A DNA stretch of 49,823 nucleotides from a virus. Its lineage: Duplodnaviria; Heunggongvirae; Uroviricota; Caudoviricetes. Within the stretch, counting starts at the first letter, position 1. The number at the start of each line of letters is the position of its first letter. The stretch is from IMG/VR virus record IMGVR_UViG_3300032007_001569. One strand, given 5' to 3'. Below are positions 16,422 through 23,787 of the stretch, piece after piece. The notes beneath the pieces are model-generated. The model searched no databases and was not told the DNA's origin. It saw only the letters and a program-made list of their open reading frames with translations. The position numbers and the translations under genes are program-made.

Positions 16422-16605
16422 CGAAAGCACCTTCTCGAAAAATTTTGCAACCTTCTATTTTAGGGAAAATATGTATTTCCGTTTCGAGAGAATATCGAAG
16501 GGAAAATCGCGCAAAAAATCGACTCAAAATCCTTTATATTCGGTATGATTTATAATTTCTCTACAATACGCAAAATATGAATCATGCAGGAAAGTAAATA
16601 AAAAA

Positions 16606-17007
16606 AATGCTACATATCAACACGGAGTGTCAACGAAGGGTTGATATGTAGCATTATAATTGATAACACACAAATTTGTCCTATGGTACTTAGAATATAT
16701 GGAGTTCACTTGTCACCGGATTACCACCAGGGAATCCGGTGACAAACGACAAGCAATAGTTATTGCGCAGTCGTAACCAGAAGGATTTAACTGAGACAAC
16801 AGCCATATAGTAATTGTAATATGCGCTTCGTCGTACAAATCAGCCAAGGCTGAATTGAACTCCTAGCGTCACACTTCGCGTGAGTGATCTTTCTTTGATT
16901 TATGGTTTTCTAGCCTGGTACTTTTCATTGGTTTACGCCACGATTTTTCTTAAAAGAAAAAGTCGTGTCTAAAAAATCTTAAATACTATACGTATTTAAG
17001 ATTTTTT
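16606..17007. repeat. Cluster of long inverted repeats
   Basis: Perfect 16-bp IR 16606-16655, perfect 13-bp IR 16710-16745, near-perfect IR ~16939-16967, perfect 16-bp IR 16971-17007. Confidence 0.85.
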
Positions 17008-17313
17008 GTGTAACTATATATATTTATAAGAATATCTTAAAAGACTATAATCCTTTAAGGAAGCCTATAAGAATTATAGTCTATAATGATCTTTATAAGC
17101 CATTAGTAAATACGTATAGTCCTATACGAGAGTCAGTCCTATATTATATATAGTCTTTATATACTATAACGCGCGTGCGCGCGATATAGTACTATATATA
17201 TAATATAGGGAACGCCGCTCAAACCTGGCGGGAGATGCCAGAATTTCTCATTTGTTTCATGTCCATGCGCTCACCCCTACCATCTACCGCCTATTATTTT
17301 TTTCTAAAACCTA

Positions 17314-17342
17314 TTGACAATTTAATTTACCCGTGTTATAAT
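17314..17342 (+). promoter_or_regulatory. Strong rightward sigma-A-type promoter
   Basis: TTGACA-atttaatttacCCGTGT-TATAAT: full consensus, with TG extended -10. Confidence 0.9.
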
Positions 17343-17374
17343 GTCCTTGGTCAATGAGAAAGGCAGAAAGGGTG

Positions 17375-17662
17375 ATGGAAATAGCGAAGTACAATCCAAC
17401 CCGCGCGGAAACAGAAACGACCATCCGCTGGGACGCGGAAGAAAAGATCGCGCACATCTACACAGCCGACCCAATCTCAACTCGCAAACTGGACAAGCTC
17501 TGCGCAGAGAGACCGGACACATACAGGCTGGTGAGACGTGATGCGAATGGCGCATGGTACGAAGCCCCGGCGAAGATGATTAAGTTCGGAAAGCCAGCGA
17601 GTGAAGCGCGCAGAGAGGCCGGGCGCAGGAATGCCATTAATTTGCGAAATTTGCACGGATAA
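17375..17662 (+). CDS. Hypothetical phage protein
   Basis: ETETTIRWD....AHIYT; first gene after the promoter. Confidence 0.75.
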   Translation: MEIAKYNPTRAETETTIRWDAEEKIAHIYTADPISTRKLDKLCAERPDTYRLVRRDANGAWYEAPAKMIKFGKPASEARREAGRRNAINLRNLHG

Positions 17663-17805
17663 TACCGAGAAAATTTTGAACGTTACGGTTTGGATGAGTA
17701 ACCGGAAGGGTAAAAGATTAAACAGAAAAAATCACGGCAAATACCGTGAGCTGAAATGAAACATTAGCGCCCGACAAAAATGAGAAAGCTGAAAGGAGTG
17801 TAACC

Positions 17806-18678
17806 ATGAAAATCGTCGGAAACATCAACAAGGGAATTGAACTCATGAACAAGGTCGCGCCTGTACCGGAGCTGCCGAAGCTGAGAGGCTGCACTTGCGC
17901 GATGGCAAGCAGTTACTTTAAGGTGTCGCCGGTCGTTGTCAGCAGTTTTGTCAAGAGGCACGCAAAGAATCTGGAACGCCTTGGGCTTTACAAGATTGAA
18001 CCCTCCGCCCTATTCGAGGTCGGCTACATCTACCTCCGCCCCGGCAAGTGGGATTATGACGGCGACCCTTACTATCTCTATGCTGGCTATGAGCGCGAAA
18101 AGCGCGTCAGTTATATCCTGCCGCCTGAATGTTTGCTCTATATGGCGCATTACATGAGTTACAGCGAAACTGCCCTGGAAATCTGTGCCGCCACTCAGGA
18201 AATTATCTCGTTTGTTGATGCGCCGAAGGGAGTTTCTTCCTCTTATATAGGGGAAAAATGCAACGCTGAAAGCGCGTTCGTGACCGGCCTTTCCGTGAGT
18301 TCGCCCGTTTGGTCACACAACGGCATTGACTATCTGGAAATCAACGGTGTCGTGCTGTTCAATTCGCGGAGCATCCTCAATCTTCTATGGGAAGATGCCA
18401 AGCCGCAGGGCATCGAGCAGTTGGCGAAATTCCTCATGGAGAACACTCGCGCCGAACAGATAGGAAACGACGTTTTCATCGACCTTGCCGCCGTTACCAT
18501 GCTGGTCATTCGTGCAATCGATAAGGACGCGGCGAAGAAGCTGATCGACGACATCGCCATGAACATCATGCCAGAGATGTACGCGAGAATCGCCCAGAAG
18601 AGGAAGGAAGAAACCGCGCCAGCCATTACAACCGCGACAGTCGGGTCTCCTATGGAGATCAAGATGAACATAGCATAA
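17806..18678 (+). CDS. Hypothetical protein, possibly DNA-binding/antirepressor-like
   Basis: 290-aa ORF with AAGGAG RBS. Confidence 0.7.
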   Translation: MKIVGNINKGIELMNKVAPVPELPKLRGCTCAMASSYFKVSPVVVSSFVKRHAKNLERLGLYKIEPSALFEVGYIYLRPGKWDYDGDPYYLYAGYEREKRVSYILPPECLLYMAHYMSYSETALEICAATQEIISFVDAPKGVSSSYIGEKCNAESAFVTGLSVSSPVWSHNGIDYLEINGVVLFNSRSILNLLWEDAKPQGIEQLAKFLMENTRAEQIGNDVFIDLAAVTMLVIRAIDKDAAKKLIDDIAMNIMPEMYARIAQKRKEETAPAITTATVGSPMEIKMNIA

Positions 18679-18711
18679 CCACCCAAAGACAAACGTCAGG
18701 AGGCGTTAAGC

Positions 18712-18927
18712 ATGGACGGAAGTCACAGCGTTGAGGAAATTATTGAAGCCTTGAATTGTTTCAAGACGCGCCAGCCAAAGTGCGACGAATGTAAATTCAA
18801 CCCCGTCCCTGGTCATCACTGGCCGTATGGCTGCATTCGCGGGCAAGGTGAAATTGCGGAGGAAGCTCAGAAGATTTTAAGGGGTGTCGCAGATGGCATA
18901 CAAGACGCACAAACTGAATCCGCTTAG
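18712..18927 (+). CDS. Small Cys-rich protein
   Basis: EIIEALNC..CDEC..C. Confidence 0.7.
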   Translation: MDGSHSVEEIIEALNCFKTRQPKCDECKFNPVPGHHWPYGCIRGQGEIAEEAQKILRGVADGIQDAQTESA

Positions 18928-19345
18928 TATAGAGTTCGGGCAGTGCCTAGACGGCCATTACATCAACGAGTGGTGCAAAGACCAGATCGAGAACGAAGGC
19001 TCTCACATTAAAGAGGCAAAGCGTCTGCTCTCGAAGGGATATAAGGATGACAAGACATATATCAAAGCTCGCGGCGAGTGGAACGAAATTTGCTTCATGC
19101 GGGCTGACAAGAAGACGGTTGTTCCGGTCAGATGTCATGAGTGTAAGCACAGGCCATGCTACATAAAGATCGGGAAACGATGGTGTTTATATGGCCCAGG
19201 CTATAACGAGGAAACAATGGAAGAAGACAAGACATGCCCGTTCCTGTGCAGTGATTCATTCTATAATCGGCGACCGGCAGACAGTTTCTATTGCGCATAC
19301 GGTGAAAGAGGTAATTCTGATGAACAAACGCGACCTTGTGATTGA
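18893..19345 (+). CDS. Cys-rich hypothetical protein
   Basis: PVRCHECKH...DSFYCAYGER. Confidence 0.7.
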   Translation: MAYKTHKLNPLSIEFGQCLDGHYINEWCKDQIENEGSHIKEAKRLLSKGYKDDKTYIKARGEWNEICFMRADKKTVVPVRCHECKHRPCYIKIGKRWCLYGPGYNEETMEEDKTCPFLCSDSFYNRRPADSFYCAYGERGNSDEQTRPCD

Positions 19346-19742
19346 TTCTCTGGAACAATGCTTGCAGACACCCAGGTGTCAGGATTGCGGCTGGATAGAA
19401 TGCGAATCGTTCGAGTGCCAGCAGTCCCCATTCCCCATCAACCTGATTTATGCCGCGCTTGACTTCTTGAAGGAACAGAGCTGGATTAGCGTTGAAGATG
19501 AGATGCCGGAAGAACACGAAACAATCTTTGCGAAGTTGCGCGGAACGGACAAGTGGAACGGCAATATGTGCATGAGAATGTCCGATGATGTCCGTGTGTT
19601 GGTTGAGTATGATAACGGACACCGTGCAATTCGCCACGATAATACGGTAGATGGAAAGTGGAAGCTCGAAAATCCTACTCACTATCCGCATTGTCGTGTT
19701 CTGTACTGGATGAAGAATCCGACGTTTATGCCAGAGGAATGA
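19320..19742 (+). CDS. DUF551-like protein with Cys-rich N-terminus
   Basis: WISVEDEMPE...YWM motif. Confidence 0.7.
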   Translation: MNKRDLVIDSLEQCLQTPRCQDCGWIECESFECQQSPFPINLIYAALDFLKEQSWISVEDEMPEEHETIFAKLRGTDKWNGNMCMRMSDDVRVLVEYDNGHRAIRHDNTVDGKWKLENPTHYPHCRVLYWMKNPTFMPEE

Positions 19743-19753
19743 GGTGGCAAGAT

Positions 19754-20224
19754 ATGGCTGACAGAGAAAACGCCATCAAGCGACTAAAGTATCTGCATGA
19801 CGTGGAGCATGGACATTGGATATACAAAAAGAGTGGAAGAGCTGAATGTTCCGTGTGTCGCCATGATTTCGTTGGCGTATATGATTTGGATAATTCGGAT
19901 AATTTCTGCAGACATTGCGGCGCGAAGATGGATGGAAGCGAAGCAAGCGGAATGAATAACAGGATGTCTACAAAAGAGATCGTCAAAGTTCTCGATTGTC
20001 TCATTGGCGACACAGAGCCAACGGGTGAAAGCGAAAGTGACGAGAGAACCCTTTATGCTCTGAAAACCCTTATTGATATAACAAACTGGTGTCTCGATGG
20101 GGTTGAGCGAAGCGCACATTTCAGGCACGATCTGGCATCAAGCGTTCGCGAGAATGGTGAAACAGCCTTCTCTGCGATGTGTGAATGGGAAGAATGGTTA
20201 AAAACCAACACGGAGGAAATGTGA
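19754..20224 (+). CDS. Zn-ribbon hypothetical protein (possibly two fused genes)
   Basis: HGHW...CSVC...NFCRHCGAKMDG followed by a second domain. Confidence 0.7.
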   Translation: MADRENAIKRLKYLHDVEHGHWIYKKSGRAECSVCRHDFVGVYDLDNSDNFCRHCGAKMDGSEASGMNNRMSTKEIVKVLDCLIGDTEPTGESESDERTLYALKTLIDITNWCLDGVERSAHFRHDLASSVRENGETAFSAMCEWEEWLKTNTEEM

Positions 20225-20280
20225 CCGCAAGCATTGGAGTGAAAAACCGACATGAGAATAAATGAACCGGGTGAAACGCG

Positions 20281-20670
20281 ATGACATATCAACTGAAAGA
20301 TACTGACTGGCATGTATATCACTATAATTTAGCCAAATTAAAAACCAGCGCTGATGTCAACCGATACGCCAAATACTACAATCGCTGCCTAGATATATAT
20401 ATAACCGGTGTTGGAACATGGCCTCCGTCCATTATCGCCGTATATGGCAGCGATGATATTAAACGCGAGGACGTGCGCGCCCTCGAATATGCTACCACAG
20501 ACGCCATACAGGATATAACGATAACTGCGAGAGATACCCATCCAAGGCACACGGACTTTATCCTCGGAAGCGATATAAACCGATCAACAGAGGCGGCTAG
20601 GATTTGGAAAGAAGAATCAGAGGAAAACGGATGGCCTGATTTGCTCGAACAACTCAGAATTATGACGTAA
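20281..20670 (+). CDS. Hypothetical protein
   Basis: ORF track; co-oriented with the operon. Confidence 0.6.
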   Translation: MTYQLKDTDWHVYHYNLAKLKTSADVNRYAKYYNRCLDIYITGVGTWPPSIIAVYGSDDIKREDVRALEYATTDAIQDITITARDTHPRHTDFILGSDINRSTEAARIWKEESEENGWPDLLEQLRIMT

Positions 20671-20754
20671 CAGCTATAGCATCTGCGCTTGATGCAGGCG
20701 AACAATCAAACAATCAGGCATATTACGAAACGCATAGGAAGGCGGTAAATTTGG

Positions 20755-21303
20755 ATGACAGGTCTGGAGAAGGTTATCAAAGGGCTGGAGTGTTGCCACC
20801 AAATCAACCAAACGGAATGCTTCAAGTGCCCATATGCGCGAGGAAATGGATGTACGCATGCTTTAATGGGCGACCTCTTGGCCATGCTGAAAGCGCAGGA
20901 GCCTATCGAGGAGCGGTTGCATCTGTGCGAAAGCTGCGCAAATGAATATCCAGAATGTGATGCTACAGTAGACGGCATTGAGTTTGGCAGCGGCGTTGGC
21001 AACGACAATGTAATCGGGTGCATGGCGTATGTGAATCGGTGGAAAGCCCAGCAGCCGCGCGTGATGACGCCGGATGAACTGGATGATTTGCGCGGGCTGG
21101 GACAGGCAGTCTACTACGAGGATCGCGATGTGACCGCGAGATGCCAGTACGTGTTTTTTATTGCATCGGTCGGTGAATACGCATATATCAAGTGTGAAGT
21201 ATACACATTGGCAAAAAAAGTAGACGAGTACGGTATAACTTGGCGCTGCTGGACGGCAAAGCCTGATGAGAAAACGAGAGTGGAAACGCCGTGGAAAGAT
21301 TAA
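20755..21303 (+). CDS. Mosaic Cys-rich hypothetical protein
   Basis: EKVIKGLECC..CFKCPY; PRVMT..; WRCWTAKP..PW. Confidence 0.75.
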   Translation: MTGLEKVIKGLECCHQINQTECFKCPYARGNGCTHALMGDLLAMLKAQEPIEERLHLCESCANEYPECDATVDGIEFGSGVGNDNVIGCMAYVNRWKAQQPRVMTPDELDDLRGLGQAVYYEDRDVTARCQYVFFIASVGEYAYIKCEVYTLAKKVDEYGITWRCWTAKPDEKTRVETPWKD

Positions 21304-21394
21304 CATATCGTGATAACGACGGACGAGCACGTTTTACTCCATTGGGTACAAATCCAAACTATTGCTGGTTTTGCGTGAGAAAGGTGAAGTGGGA

Positions 21395-21847
21395 ATGATA
21401 TTCACGGAAGAAATGCGAGCCGAAGATGAAAAGCGATGGCACGCGCGAGACGTTGTTACTGAACTCGGTTATTGTGGGAAGTATATACGAGACCGCAAAG
21501 ATATGACGAACCTCGACATTCGGTTCTACGCCTACATCATGCGGAAGGCGCATGAGATGCTGAAAGAGCAGCAAAAGGCCATAAAATACCAGTCTGATAG
21601 GCTGGATGAATTACTAGCACCGCAGAGGCCGCGCTTACTGACAGTGGATGACTTCAAGAATAATTCAGATGTTGATATATGCGGCTACCTTCCCTGTTGG
21701 GTTGAACCGAATCCTCATAATGATGCCGCGACAGAAAAGCCAGGTTGGGGCTTGGTATCAGTCGGACAAATCGGCGGTGTCTATCATAGATATTGGACTG
21801 GGAAACCCACGCAAGAACAAATGGAGGCGATGAAGTGGGATGGCTGA
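21395..21847 (+). CDS. Hypothetical protein
   Basis: PRLLT.DD...RYWTGKPT..Q...KW, paralogous to 20755-21303. Confidence 0.7.
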   Translation: MIFTEEMRAEDEKRWHARDVVTELGYCGKYIRDRKDMTNLDIRFYAYIMRKAHEMLKEQQKAIKYQSDRLDELLAPQRPRLLTVDDFKNNSDVDICGYLPCWVEPNPHNDAATEKPGWGLVSVGQIGGVYHRYWTGKPTQEQMEAMKWDG

Positions 21848-22151
21848 AAAATGTTTTCTTTATGATGGTTGTAGTCATAAAACCGGTTGGTGCCTCGTAA
21901 CACAGCCATCCAGCGAAGAGTGCCCCGTTTATTGCTGGTTCAAGCAACGCATGAAATATGGTGCAAATGAATATATCTACTGCGCCATTGACGAAAATGA
22001 CCAGATCGTTTGGGTAAAAGGTTCATCCTCAAAAACCAGGTATTTCAAAACGCGGCATTATTTAGATAAGGCCGTGGAGTACCACAACAAGTGCAATCCA
22101 GATGACCCTTGGCGTATAGCTCGATTTGCCTTAATAGAGGAAGTATCATGA
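21840..22151 (+). CDS. Hypothetical protein
   Basis: Overlapping gene chain. Confidence 0.65.
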   Translation: MAEKCFLYDGCSHKTGWCLVTQPSSEECPVYCWFKQRMKYGANEYIYCAIDENDQIVWVKGSSSKTRYFKTRHYLDKAVEYHNKCNPDDPWRIARFALIEEVS

Positions 22152-22372
22152 CAGAAACGATTATTTCATATTACGACAACAAGGCGCTCCGCAAACGCGC
22201 CTGTATCAACTGCGGATTGCGCGACCTATGGGGCGCTGGGGGCCGATGTGGTAAGGACGGGCATTACATCGGCTATGTAGATACCTGGGATGATTGGTGT
22301 AAGCATTGGCGAAAAGACAGGAGGCCACCTGGAACAATCGGAGTTTATCAGGATGGGATTACAAAAACATGA
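22148..22372 (+). CDS. Small Cys-rich protein
   Basis: CINC...C...C; ATGA overlap. Confidence 0.6.
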   Translation: MTETIISYYDNKALRKRACINCGLRDLWGAGGRCGKDGHYIGYVDTWDDWCKHWRKDRRPPGTIGVYQDGITKT

Positions 22373-22641
22373 CTGAGTATTGCGTATGTTGTGGCCGCGA
22401 GATTCCCGAGGGGCGGCAGGTCTGTCCAATCTGTGAACGGAAGGCAGACGGACAAAAGCGGAACGAAACTGAAATGGGACTCATCATTGCAGAAGAAAAC
22501 GCGAAGTCGCAAAGAGAGAAAGATATAATCCATCTAAAGCAAATGGCGTTAAGCATTAAGCCTTATTCCAGATGGTGGCGATATGGATATTTAGGCTCGT
22601 TGCGGCGCGCAATCAAAGTGATGGAGGACACGGCTGAATGA
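22369..22641 (+). CDS. Zn-ribbon protein
   Basis: YCVCCGREIPEGRQVCPICE. Confidence 0.7.
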   Translation: MTEYCVCCGREIPEGRQVCPICERKADGQKRNETEMGLIIAEENAKSQREKDIIHLKQMALSIKPYSRWWRYGYLGSLRRAIKVMEDTAE

Positions 22642-22655
22642 TTGGAGGAAACAAA

Positions 22656-22916
22656 ATGACTACTTATACCTTTGGAACTGCATTAGAAGCAGTGAAACAA
22701 GGCCGGAAGGCAAAGCGCGTTAATTGGAATGGGAAAGATCAGTATATCGAATTGGCAACCTGTATTTCATACAAAAATCCAGATGGCGAGATCATTAATC
22801 CAGAGCATGTCTCAATGGACAATCAGGCCATTGTGTTTGTTGGCACGCAGGGTATTCAGATTGGTTGGCTGGCCTCGCAGTCTGATATGCTATCCGATGA
22901 TTGGATTATTTTCTGA
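22656..22916 (+). CDS. tad2: DUF2829 / Thoeris anti-defence Tad2-like protein
   Basis: FGTALEAVKQG.K.KR.NWNGKDQY...GWLASQSDMLSDDW. Confidence 0.8.
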   Translation: MTTYTFGTALEAVKQGRKAKRVNWNGKDQYIELATCISYKNPDGEIINPEHVSMDNQAIVFVGTQGIQIGWLASQSDMLSDDWIIF

Positions 22917-23335
22917 TGACAATGGATGAATTTAATTTAGAACCTTGCCCGGTCTGCCAGAGCAAGGCCAAATGGACACTCAGCCCGGCAGGGACAAGAC
23001 GCCGATCAAGAATGGAGTATGGCATACTATGCTCTAATGGTAAATGTTCGTGGTCTTATGCGTGTGTGACCTATCGTTCGCGCGACGAAGCAGCCAACAG
23101 ATGGAATAAGAAATGCCAAGAGCGAAAAATACTCGATATGGAATCTGAGCGCCTGAACCCTTGCACATGTGGCGGAAAAGCAAGGCTGATATATGAACGC
23201 TGGGGCGGCGCTGAAGGTTGGTTTGTCCGATGTGAAACATGCGGCAAACTATTGTCAGCCGCAAAATACAGAGAGGCAATCATCAAGGCGTGGAACAGAG
23301 AGAATGGTGAAGAGAATGGCGCTCAATCCAATTAA
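22916..23335 (+). CDS. Lar-family restriction alleviation protein with two tandem domains
   Basis: LEPCPVC..C..C..EAANRWN and LNPCTCGG..CETC..IKAWN. Confidence 0.75.
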   Translation: MTMDEFNLEPCPVCQSKAKWTLSPAGTRRRSRMEYGILCSNGKCSWSYACVTYRSRDEAANRWNKKCQERKILDMESERLNPCTCGGKARLIYERWGGAEGWFVRCETCGKLLSAAKYREAIIKAWNRENGEENGAQSN

Positions 23336-23579
23336 CGATCCACTTAAAGGTAATGCTATTATCCCACAAAAGTACATTGTCGTTTTGGAACGGCGAGGAT
23401 GGGTTAAACCAATTCGCTGCCGCGAATGTAAATATGCGAATGAAGGAGGAGCATTCGGTAAGTATTGTGACCTACATACCGTTTGGGCTGGTGCTGAAGT
23501 AGAATCTCTCTTTACCGTCCATGATGATTACTTTTGTGCGGATGGTGAAAGGTGGATGGGCGATCAAAGTGGCGAATGA
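23316..23579 (+). CDS. Cys-rich hypothetical protein
   Basis: PIRCRECKY...DDYFCADGER. Confidence 0.65.
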   Translation: MALNPINDPLKGNAIIPQKYIVVLERRGWVKPIRCRECKYANEGGAFGKYCDLHTVWAGAEVESLFTVHDDYFCADGERWMGDQSGE

Positions 23580-23787
23580 AGTTCATGGCGAACTTGTTTT
23601 AGACTTGGAGGAAACAATAGACTTTGTTTATCATATGCTCCATCCCGACGCTGAAGCAATGCGGCGAAGGGATGATTTCATGCGTGGCCTAGACGGTATG
23701 AAACTGAACTACACCAATGGTGAAATCACACTAGATGCACCTGATATTGATTTGCCATGCGAGAAAAATGAAGGGGTGATTGGTTGA
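23569..23787 (+). CDS. Hypothetical protein
   Basis: Start uncertain; stop overlaps the RNAP start. Confidence 0.6.
   Translation: MANEVHGELVLDLEETIDFVYHMLHPDAEAMRRRDDFMRGLDGMKLNYTNGEITLDAPDIDLPCEKNEGVIG

Noticed and set aside
16249-16548. 99-aa ORF in the strand-switch region
   Set aside because: GTG start without RBS, low-complexity translation, overlaps the iteron-like boxes.
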